A DNA stretch of 63,226 bases, the filler included, from Reclinomonas americana ATCC 50394 (Eukaryota), in NCBI GenBank assembly GCA_048213135.1. It is 5 parts of 2 records of this genome, joined end to end, with 100 filler letters (N's around TTAATTAATTAA, not from the genome) between each part and the next. Parts side by side here need not be neighbours in the genome. Positions count along the whole stretch, not along the records: positions 1 to 12,254 come from PS015629.1; 4 more parts are not named here. One strand, 5' to 3'. Both the position numbers and the translations under genes were made by a program. Shown in pieces: positions 1 through 10,108 of the stretch. The notes under the pieces are model-generated. The model saw nothing but the letters and a program-made list of their open reading frames with translations. It made no database searches and had not been told where the DNA came from. How positions within the stretch are numbered: position 1 is the stretch's first letter; each line of letters opens with the position of its first letter.

Positions 1-18
1 TCCTCTACGCTCTACTCT

Positions 19-70
<52 letters not shown>

Positions 71-140
71 TGTTCGCTTCCTGGTCCTTCCATGCTCTCT
101 CTGCTTCTTCGCTCTCCCTTCGTGTCTCTCTCCAGCTCAC

Positions 141-1769
141 CATCACCAAACCCTCCAGCGGCGTGAGACCCATGGAGTTCTCGTAGCCCTCGCCACGCAG
201 GATGGCTGCCACACTGCAGCCGTTCCCCTGACAAGCAGAAACTGAGCGAAGCACGACTCAAAGAAAGACGACATCACTTGGATCACAAGAACAGAGCAGG
301 AGACAGGAGATGCAGGGAGCACACAAAAGAGCAAACATGACTGGCACTCACCAAGTGCAGCGTGACCAGGTTCACTTCGTGCGTCATCTTACCGAGGTAG
401 GAAGCTGCCGTCTTGGCGAGATACGAGTGCGATGTTCTGTAGTATAACGCAAATGAGCACACCTTCCCACGGGAAGAAAGGAAGAGAGAAAGAGAGCGAG
501 GATTGTCGGATGTTTTGCGGCTCCTCTATCACTTACTCATACTCTAGATAGAGAGAAAGCACAAAACAATCACCGCCACACAAAAACATGTGACAGCGAG
601 AAGAAAGAGACAGCGCACACCAATGGAGAACGAAGGGGAACATGCATCGAAGGTCTTCGGAAAGGCAGTGATTCACGAGCTCAGAGGGGAAGTAGAACAG
701 GCAAGTGGGTACCCATCAGAGAGAATCGTGGTCACACAAGAACACGTGAAAGACAGAGACAGAGAAAGAGAGCAAGAAAGCAACCGCTGTCACAAAAGAT
801 CCCAAGAAAGAAAGAATGAGAAAGAGAGAGTGAGAAAAAGACCACACACGCAACTGTAGAAAGAAAGAGAGAAAGAGGAAGAAGACACGCTGCCGTCGTC
901 GCCACACACTTGCCCGTGAAAGAAAGAGAGAGCTATCAAGCCATCATCACATACCCATGAAACCCATACTTCTTGATCGACAGTCGATCGCACAGCGGCT
1001 TCGGCAGCGCATACGTGTGCGCCACCGCCGGTGAGCCAGCAAAGTACGCCGTGTCAAACACTGCACGAGAAAATAGGCACACTCTCTCAGTGTAGAACAT
1101 GAGAGACAACTCCCGATCCTTTCGGGCTCACCAGCAAAGAGCGGCTTGGCCGGGAACAAGCGCAAGCACTCCGCCAAACACAGTGCATTCGACGGATTAT
1201 GCAGAGGCGCCAGTGTGGAGAGCGCACGGATACGCTCCACGACCTCTCCATCGACGCGCGTCGGCTGTGTAAACTCGTGTCCGCCGTGCACCACTCGACA
1301 TGCAATCACATCGACCGGATGCTCATCGTCGTCACTCGCCGCTCGTTGATGGTCTTCCACGTCCATCTCGCTCAGACAGCGCATGATCGACTGCAACGCA
1401 TCGGCGTGTGAGTGGATGGAGGATTCATCGGAGGCGCGTCGAGCCTCTCCTCCACTGTGAGTGAATGAGTGGTGCGCGACACTGTGAGAGGCATCGTCGC
1501 GTTGATGCTCGCCGATCTGTGCTGCTGTGAGTGAGAGGGGAGAGAGGGGAGAGAGTGGAGAGTGGAGGGAGAGTTCGTGCCTTTTCCACGAGGCCATCGG
1601 TGACGATTACGAAAGATGCGCTGTTGACATCGAGAACGCGGTACTTTATGGAGGAGCTGTGTTTGTTTTTTCACAGTGAGTGAGAGGGTAATGGGTGAGA
1701 GAGAGGGTGTGAGTGACAAAGAGAGAGAGAGAGAGACCTGCCAGCGTTGAGCACGAGAACGCGGTGCAT
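141..1769 (-). CDS. ackA: Acetate kinase (3' end runs off the window start)
   Basis: Spliced exons give MHRVLVLNAGSSSIKY, GLVEK|IGE, CRVVHGG, LAPLHNP, VFDTAYF, KKYGFHGTSHSY, LVTLHL|GNGCSVAAI and NSMGLTPLEGLVM. These are the acetokinase-family signatures in the correct order. ATG at 1769. Confidence 0.95.
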
Positions 1770-2147
1770 TTTGCGTCGCGAGATTGGTGGGAAGGGAATC
1801 TTGACAATGAAACAGGACAGATCGTCGCACTCATTGTATGTGTGCTCTACATGTGCTTGTGCGCTTGCGAACCATTGCACAAGAAGGGGGAGTCACGCGA
1901 CAACGTCGACCGCATCTGTTCGACTGTGCGAATAGGTCGCGCGCGACCGCTGCCAGGGACGTCGACGGACATTGGACAAAGCTGATCACTTGACCCTTGA
2001 CCTTCCTCTACCCTTGACCCATGACCCGTTACCCGTTGTGGCACGGCCGATCGCATCAGCGCCGCGCGTTTCGACAGGTTTCGTCTTGTCATGACAGCCG
2101 CATTTTTAGAATCCGCCAGCTCGCTGCTTTTCTTTCGGTTTTACGCG

Positions 2148-2273
2148 ATGAAGAGAAGCTCGGCGGCGGCTGATCTTCCTGACGATGGAGATGGGTCGGC
2201 GCCGCCTCCACAGCGAGCGAAAAGTAACGCGGTGTGTGCATGCATGCATGCATGTGTGTGTTTGTGTGCGTGT

Positions 2274-2308
<35 letters not shown>

Positions 2309-2370
2309 GTTGTGAGCTTGCGTGTTTGCGTGAGTGTGTTTGTTTGTTTGTGCTCTTAGTGTGGCCACAG

Positions 2371-2402
<32 letters not shown>

Positions 2403-5400
2403 ATGTGTGTGTGTGCATTCCCAACTCTCTCTCATGTGTCTGTTGCACTCTTTTGTGTCCTTTGTGGGTCCATAGCTCTGCATTCTCCCTTCCTCCCCCG
2501 ATGTGTGTGTGCATGTGTGTTTGCGTGTCCGTTCAGTGCTCTCATTCTTCTCTCTTCCCCTGATCTCTCACTCCCCACCTGCCACAGAACTCACTGACCG
2601 TGGAAACGTGCATCGACTTCCACCCGGTCACTGTGGTGGACGTGCCTGTGTTCCGCAAGGACACTGTGAGCGCGCTGGCCCAACGCATTGCCACCAAGTT
2701 GCAAGAGGGGCTGGGCGATGGGCGGTCGGTGCGACTGCTCTCCATGGACCGGCCGGTGTCGGCGCTGCAGCCATACACTGATGGTCGCCGAGTGGCGTCG
2801 CTGTTGAAGGGTGAGAGTGATCGCCGTCAGCGCGTCACTGTCGTCACTGGGAGGGTCAGCGCTGTGGCGCCGCTGGCGGAGATGATGGAGGCTGACGTGC
2901 CGCTTCCCCCGCCAGCCGCCGAAGCTGATGCTCCACCGCCTCTGTCATTAGCAGCAGCCATTTCTGCTCCTGCGTCCCACTCACCATCTGCGTCATTCGC
3001 CGCCGCCGCCGCTGCGGCTGCGGCTGATGGCGATGAGGAAGCTTCACCTCTCCTGCGTTTGTCAGCCGCTGCTGCTCCCGCGTCGCACTCGCCTCTCGCA
3101 TCGGCGTCAGTAGCTGCACCTATTGCCGGGGTTGTGGCTGCCGCCGCTGATGATGATGTTGCCGACGACGACGATGATTATGATGATGATGATGATGACG
3201 AGGAAGAGGAAGAGGATGACGAACAAGTCGATTGTGCTGCCGTCGTTGAAATTGCACCGTCCGCGTCTCCATCGGCCGCTGCGTCGCATTTTCCACCTNN
3301 NNNNNNNNNNNNNNNNNNNNNNNNNNNNNNNNNNNNNNNNNNNNNNNNNNNNNNNNNNNNNNNNNNNNNNNNNNNNNNNNNNNNNNNNNNNNNNNNNNNN
3401 NNNNNNNNNNNNNNNNNNNNNNNNNNNNNNNNNNNNNNNNNNNNNNNNNNNNNNNNNNNNNNNNNNNNNNNNNNNNNNNNNNNNNNNNNNNNNNNNNNNN
3501 NNNNNNNNNNNNNNNNNNNNNNNNNNNNNNNNNNNNNNNNNNNNNNNNNCAAGAAGCCTAGTTTTCCCGAGGGACTATGCTTGCCAGACGCAACGCCGGA
3601 GGTGAGTATCCAGTCAAACTCTCTGCATTTGCTTTTTCCTCACCGTATGTCTGGAGTTAGGAATCTGCGGCGAAGGCGATCAAGAATATCCGCAACGCTC
3701 TGTCACACACCCCTGAGACTGTTCAAGATCGCAAGGACGCGGAAGACAAAATTCGCTCGCCGCTGTATCCGTACATGGGCAATGTCGACAAAATGCTTGC
3801 AAGAGAAGGACATCTGCCTGTGTTCAACCAGCTCCTCGGCGAGCCCGGTGGCCGTGTCAATGGAATTCTGCACCGGCTTCTGCACGATCTATCAGTCGGT
3901 GAAGAGGAGGCCGAGTTGCTGGAGAAGCTCTCTTCTTGCCGAGAAGGTTTGCCTCGCTGAGTCACCCCATGGTTCTTCTCTTCGTTAGCCACCTTATTTT
4001 GCTGTCGTACCCCCACAGAACCTGTCGCCCCACCGCGGCCGGCACCACCGACTCCACTGACGCCCAACAATATCTCGCCGATTGACGCGAGTCCATTCGC
4101 CACTCGACTGCAGCACGTGAAGGAGCTTGTGTCACCGAGCGGTCGACTGGTTCGCGCGCTTTCACGTGACAGCGGAGTACAGCCGTCGCCCGTCATCATG
4201 GTGTTGACTGGAGAATCTGGCTGCGGCAAAACCTTCCTTGCCAGCTTGATTGTCAGAGAGCTGGATCGTGCTTTGCCCACGGCGCTGCAAGTAGAGCTCA
4301 AGGGGAATATTGCGGACAGCCGCATGCATGTCACAGTTGCGCAGCTGCAGTCTGCTTTTTTGTGAGAGGTCTAGTTCTCCCCTTATAACCTCGATTATTT
4401 GCGCAGCCCGTGGATGCTCTGGAAGTCTGCGTGAAATTATTCGGAGCTGCGCAAAGGCCGACCACTCAAGATGACGCGTGCCGCCTTGTGACGGAAGCCA
4501 ATACGGAGCTGAGCAAATACCGCACCGGCGAGGAGGGAAACAAATCGCTCGATGGCTTGCGCCGGAGTGTGCAGTCGTTGATGATCGCCTCAGCTGGCGT
4601 GCTGTTACTCGACAATGCTGCAACAGCAGATCAAGTTCTCAACACTGTTGTGTGCAAGGGTACGTTATCGACTCATTTCGTTCCGTGTAGATACTGGTTG
4701 TGTGTAATCATCATGCTGTCACTTGCTCCTAGATGGTTCGCTTATTGCACCGGTGGTCATCGTGACGACGCGGTGTGACCATGTTGCCTGTGGCATACGG
4801 ACTTTACTACTTCGTCTTCAATCGCGAGTGGAAGTGTTGAGCGAAGCTGTCGGCGATGTGCACCAACAGGACATTGATGAAGTGGTTGACGCTGCCGCGC
4901 CGTATCTAGCGCAATCGGCTGATCCCGACATGCTGGCCAAGACACTGCGAAAAATTCGCAAGGTGCTCCAGAAAATGGAAAGACACGCGGTCCTCATCGG
5001 TGCATGCTACCAGTGCGTGCGGTGATATGCAATCGATGCCTGTACTGCTGTTTATTTTGCTTCTTACTCCTCTCGTCTCCATGCGGTGCAGATGGCTTCA
5101 AAACGTGGATGTGGACATTGTTCTTTCAGCTGACGGAATCAAGTCGAGGATGATTGACCACAGCAAGATGGCCTACGGAGAGTTCTTGGCGCTAAACATT
5201 AGTTCACAAACACTCGAAACTAAGAGTCTCTTGGCACTGCTGGTGGCTTGCCGTGAGATGGGAATGCCAGCGACTGCCTCGTTTCTCAACGTGGCACGGT
5301 GCGTACTTGATGTGCCGCTCGACATTGACACCACTGGCGACCGTGGCGACGTGGTGATGCTTGATCGAGCAGATGTTAGCGAACGACTTGTCGAACTGGC

Positions 5401-6284
5401 TGCTTGCTTGCGCCGCCTTGCGCTGCACGAGCTGGCGACAGAGCGTCGCCGGAAGCTTCAGCTTCCTGACATCCAGCAGCCACGCGTTGAGGAGATGAGC
5501 GAGGAGGAGCTGGCGGCTTGCAATGCACGGGTGGAGCAACTTTCACGACAGCGTCAGTGGTCCAATGGTACGAAGGCCATGCTTGGCGCTGGATTAGTGA
5601 AAGTGTCGGTGCCCGCAGACGGAGAGGTTGGCATGGACTGTGTCGCGCAACTATTGTTCCGTGACAAGCTACCAGAAGGACATTTGATGCTCCGTGTTCA
5701 TCATGATCGGACTGCTCAGTGGGTTGTGGAAACAGCCGGCGCGTCAGTGCAGGCTGCCAAGAGACTGATCGTTCGACTGTTGTGCTGTGCGCTGGTCAGT
5801 GTTGACATGCAATTGGACGCGGGTCGACGGCGGATGATTTCGCACCGCATGTGCATGCTCATGATGGTGAGAGTCTTGTGGCGGCAACTCACCAAGGACG
5901 CATCTCTGTGGGACGGTGCCGATGTTTTCAGTCTGCAGTTACAGTGGCACGCCGTGGAGTGGATTGCTCGGCAGATGACTGTCAGGCACATTACGACAAC
6001 CGGCTTTGAAGGCGTGGTCGCGGTGCAGAGGGTTGCGGCGTATAATCTGCTGTGCAAGATTTGCGCAGATACGAAAGTGTCGCCTCACCCGGCGGTCGAA
6101 CTGTGTCGTCTTCGGTGCCGCGCTCGTGTTCACGAGTTATTACTGTGTCACGACGAAAGTCATCGCGACTGGGAGGCTGTTTGCGGTATGCAACAATCAC
6201 TGCACGACATCAGTCGCGATGCAGACGTATTGGCAACTGTTGACTGCCTGAGGAGTCACACGGAGTTTCTGTACTGGTCGTCAG
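2148..6284 (+). CDS. NLR-like STAND (NB-ARC) NTPase with N-terminal ubiquitin-like domain, acidic linker, candidate HEPN motif and C-terminal helical/TPR-like region; 3' end in N-gap
   Basis: Walker A GESGCGKT at 4210-4233, preceded by [12 protein letters not shown]. Then LQVELKG..PVDALE, Walker [15 protein letters not shown] (~4599-4619), sensor VVIVTTR, LGAGLV and MHD-like LRVHHD (~5699-5707). Beta-grasp pattern in the exon starting at 2588 ([25 protein letters not shown]). RNALSH at 3691-3708. Inferred introns include 2232-2587, 3602-3660, 4336-4406 and 4660-4732, all frame-preserving. Confidence 0.85.
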
Positions 6285-7002
6285 NNNNNNNNNNNNNNNN
6301 NNNNNNNNNNNNNNNNNNNNNNNNNNNNNNNNNNNNNNNNNNNNNNNNNNNNNNNNNNNNNNNNNNNNNNNNNNNNNNNNNNNNNNNNNNNNNNNNNNNN
6401 NNNNNNNNNNNNNNNNNNNNNNNNNNNNNNNNNNNNNNNNNNNNNNNNNNNNNNNNNNNNNNNNNNNNNNNNNNNNNNNNNNNNNNNNNNNNNNNNNNNN
6501 NNNNNNNNNNNNNNNNNNNNNNNNNNNNNNNNNNNNNNNNNNNNNNNNNNNNNNNNNNNNNNNNNNNNNNNNNNNNNNNNNNNNNNNNNNNNNNNNNNNN
6601 NNNNNNNNNNNNNNNNNNNNNNNNNNNNNNNNNNNNNNNNNNNNNNNNNNNNNNNNNNNNNNNNNNNNNNNNNNNNNNNNNNNNNNNNNNNNNNNNNNNN
6701 NNNNNNNNNNNNNNNNNNNNNNNNNNNNNNNNNNNNNNNNNNNNNNNNNNNNNNNNNNNNNNNNNNNNNNNNNNNNNNNNNNNCTTCATTTTGCATTTAT
6801 TTGCACCTCAAATTGGGCAACCTGTCACCTGATCCTGTCATAACATCATGACAGCCTGTATCCGGCACAACTCCGTCAAAAATGGCTGCGTTAAAGTTGG
6901 CGGCGGGAATTGCTGTCCACAGCAATCCCTTGCTTTTCACTCGGGGACACCTCCGAGACAAGGCAACGGTGAAATTAAACCTGTCAGTCCGAAACCCAAA
7001 AT

Positions 7003-7032
7003 TATAAATAGTCCGATCGTCAGAAATCAGTC
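7003..7032 (+). promoter_or_regulatory. Candidate TATA box plus initiator
   Basis: TATAAAT at 7003-7009 and TCAGTC at 7027-7032, with the A 26 nt after the TATA start. Lies about 100 nt upstream of the ATG at 7136. Confidence 0.55.
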
Positions 7033-7135
7033 ACACCACAGTTTTCTTCTGCAATTTGTGAGCGCTGAACAGGCCACATCACACACTCTTTCTCTCTCCC
7101 TTCCCCCCCTCCCCCCTAATCACCTAATCAACCTA

Positions 7136-8365
7136 ATGTCTTCGCGCGACCGCAACCTCTCGTCGCCACCCATGGCCGCCGTGGAACAGTGGAAGCAGAC
7201 GTACCTGCAGCCGTTCCTGCAAAAACGTTTCATCCCTGAAGAAATGACCCACGACAAGCTGCAAGAGGCCATGGAGTGGTACGATGGCCTCCACAAGCTG
7301 GAGCGGAGACCGCTGTTTGCCACGGTGAGAGAGAGAGTGTGTGTGCGCGCGCGCGTTCCAATGTGTATTTTTGCTCATGCATGCATGCAGGGTGGCAAGC
7401 GCGTAAAGAAGGGCACCAAGGTCAAGATGCCGCGTAACCTGCTGCGCCCCTACATCAACCTCCTGCTCAACGACGAGGAGGTCGGCATCCCCAGGCCGTC
7501 GGGTGTGGAGGCGTGGCAGCTGCCGGCGTCCATCTGGGACGAGCTGGTGCATGTGCTGAACTACTCTGACTGCCAGCGCTTCTACGACTGTGTGGAGGTG
7601 AGTCGCGCGAGAGTGTCTTGTGTATGTCGCCCACCCGCAGTGTCTCACGCCGCTTCCCTGCTTGGTGTTCTGCAGTGCGTCGAGATTGAAATGTTTGCGC
7701 GCAATCACCCGCTGAATGCCGGCCTGAAGCTGCGAGAACGGAGACCGCCGCAGCGCACGACCAAGCGCGGTGGTTGCCGACAGCAGCAGCGACAGGCGCA
7801 GCAGCAGCAGCCACAGCCGGCACAGCAGCACTATGTCGCCGACATGACGGGCGCGTACAGTGTGCAGCCGGCGGTCATGTTCCCGCTGCCGTACCTGCCA
7901 CCGCTGTCGTCGTTCCTGCCCATGGCCGCCGTCAAGTCGCTGCCGGTGCTGCCGATGGTGGAGCAGAGCAGCGCGTGCGCGGCCGAGGCGCCGATGATGA
8001 TAATGATGCCCGAGGTCAAGCAAGACTCGCCTCCGCCGATCGTGACGCCTGCTGCCGCTGCCTTCCCGTACCCCGTCTCGGCGGCGCCGTTTGTGAATAC
8101 CACGTCTGTGCACGAGTACCCGTCGTCGCCGGCGGGTGTGTGCATGTCGTTTGGCGACGCGCCCGTCGTGCACAGCTCGTTTGACATTCCCGCGCACGAC
8201 TCGGAAGACGAATCGCTCGACTTTGTCGGTGGTGGCGATTTTGACGAGCCTATGACGGTCGGCTTCCCCGGCTACTACGCGAGCTCTGGTCTGGAGGCGG
8301 CTCCGATGTGGGGCCATGTACAGCAACAACAACAGCAGTCTTCCTTTATGTTTTGGGAGCAATAG
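7136..8365 (+). CDS. Hypothetical transcription-factor-like protein (unrecognised N-terminal domain; Q/P-rich and acidic tail)
   Basis: GC3-rich ORF with two in-frame GT-AG introns (after PLFAT and after YDCVE). Basic patches KRVKKGTKVK and RERRPPQRTTKR, poly-Q, and an acidic/aromatic C-terminus. TAG at 8363-8365. Confidence 0.7.
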   Translation: MSSRDRNLSSPPMAAVEQWKQTYLQPFLQKRFIPEEMTHDKLQEAMEWYDGLHKLERRPLFATVRERVCVRARVPMCIFAHACMQGGKRVKKGTKVKMPRNLLRPYINLLLNDEEVGIPRPSGVEAWQLPASIWDELVHVLNYSDCQRFYDCVEVSRARVSCVCRPPAVSHAASLLGVLQCVEIEMFARNHPLNAGLKLRERRPPQRTTKRGGCRQQQRQAQQQQPQPAQQHYVADMTGAYSVQPAVMFPLPYLPPLSSFLPMAAVKSLPVLPMVEQSSACAAEAPMMIMMPEVKQDSPPPIVTPAAAAFPYPVSAAPFVNTTSVHEYPSSPAGVCMSFGDAPVVHSSFDIPAHDSEDESLDFVGGGDFDEPMTVGFPGYYASSGLEAAPMWGHVQQQQQQSSFMFWEQ

Positions 8366-8582
8366 CCGAAAACGAAGCGAGCACGGCTAGTGTGCTTCGC
8401 TGACAACCCTAGTCGAGAGTGGCAGCTAAAGCCCTCTCTGTCTCCTTTCTCTCTCTCTTCTCTCTCTATACATTCTCCTGTAACGAACAACAACTAGGCT
8501 TAACCTGTTTATCCAACCCTAATGAATTCTTGATCACACTAATGATAACAATGATGATGACAAGCATGCAGATAGATGATGA

Positions 8583-10072
8583 TTACACTTTTGCAGACAC
8601 AGACTGCGGAAGGCTATCGTCGGAGGGCGTCCGACGCTCCACACGCCTCCTCCACTCCTCGACTTCGGCGGTCGACAGGCGACCCGCTCTGTGTGGTGGT
8701 GTGGGTGAGGACAGGGGGAAGCAAAGAGAAGCAGTAAGAGAGAAGAGAAAAAGCAAGCGGAGAAGACGCGAGACGGGAACACGAGTCAACAAGAGAGACA
8801 AGATAGAGAAGGCGCACGACGTAGGGGGGCGGAGGGAGAAACAGCGGAGAGAGCGCGGAGAGTGACAACCCAGGACGGCCCCGACCTCCGTGGCTGCTGG
8901 CGGCTCAGCTGACTGGTGGTGCCATCTCCGGAGCAGTTAGAGAGAAGAGAAAGAGCGAATGGGAACACACGAGTGACAGTGAGAAACAGAGAGACAAGAT
9001 AGAGAAGGCGCACGACGTAGGGGGAGGGAGGGAGAAAGAGAGAAAGCGAAGTCAAAGAGAAGCGAAAGAGCAAGCAGAGAAGACGCGCGAGAGAGAAACA
9101 GAAAAGACAAGATAGAGCAGGCGCATGGCGCGACGAAACTCGTTGCCAGTGGCCTTGGAGCGCACACGCAGTGCAATCTCGTCGCCGTCGCCAGCCACCA
9201 GTGGCCTCGTGCTTGGCGGGGTCGATGCATCGGCCCATCTGCGGCGAGCACGGAGTGAGGGGGAGAGGAGAACACAAAGGGTGGGTGTGAAGGACGCAAC
9301 TCGCTCCGACGCAGCAACGACGGGTGATGCATCTGTGCGTGACGCATGTGGCTCTCCTGGCGGTGATTCATGTGCAGCTTGTGCAGCATTTCGCGGCACT
9401 CGCGGCGCTCGTCGTCGGAGCGGAAGAAGGAGCCGTCCATCGGGCAGCCGACCACGGCGGCCACCACGCACAAGTGGAAGTAGTCGCCCTCTTCTTCGCA
9501 GGCGCGCATCACCGAGTCGTAGGAGGGGAGGTGCTGTGGGGGGAAAAGGGGGGGGGGGGGGAGGGAGGAGGGGGAAAGGAGAAGGGGAAGGGGAGGGGAG
9601 GGAAGGAGAGATGATAGAGGAGAGGGAGAATGAAGGGAAGAGACAGGAGGACAGAGAAGGAAGCGAGAGAAGAGAAGGAAGAAAGACAAGAAATTGAAGT
9701 AGCGTGAGAAGCGTGAGAGGAAGAAGGAGAAAAAGTGGAGGTGGGAAGCAACGCAGGAAGGGGGGAAAGGAGAAAGGAAAGAACGCATGATAAAGAGAAG
9801 GATGGAAGAGAAAGAAGAAGAAAGGCGAGATCAGGAAAAATTGAGATGAGAACGAGGAACGATGAAAAATAGGAGACGAAATGAAAAGGAAGCAGGACAA
9901 CGAGAACAACGAAGAGAACGACCAACGATGGGAAAGAACAGGGCAACTGAGGAAGGATGAGAAAGAAGAAAAAATGAGGAGAACGAAGGGACCAGAAGAA
10001 ACAAGAGGGAAATAAGAAACCAAGATGAAGATCGCCAAGGAACTGAAAATCAGGATGAAGAGAAGAGATTAA

Positions 10073-10108
<36 letters not shown>

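Noticed and set aside
4360..4368. In-frame TGA in the NB-ARC region suggesting recoding or a pseudogene
   Set aside because: It falls inside the inferred intron 4336-4406. TAA, TAG and TGA all terminate genes in this window, which fits the standard code.
7133..8362. 409-aa antisense ORF; similar shadow ORFs lie opposite CABIN1, LanCL and FkbM
   Set aside because: These are stop-poor reverse frames caused by high GC3 on the coding strand, and they carry no recognisable motifs.
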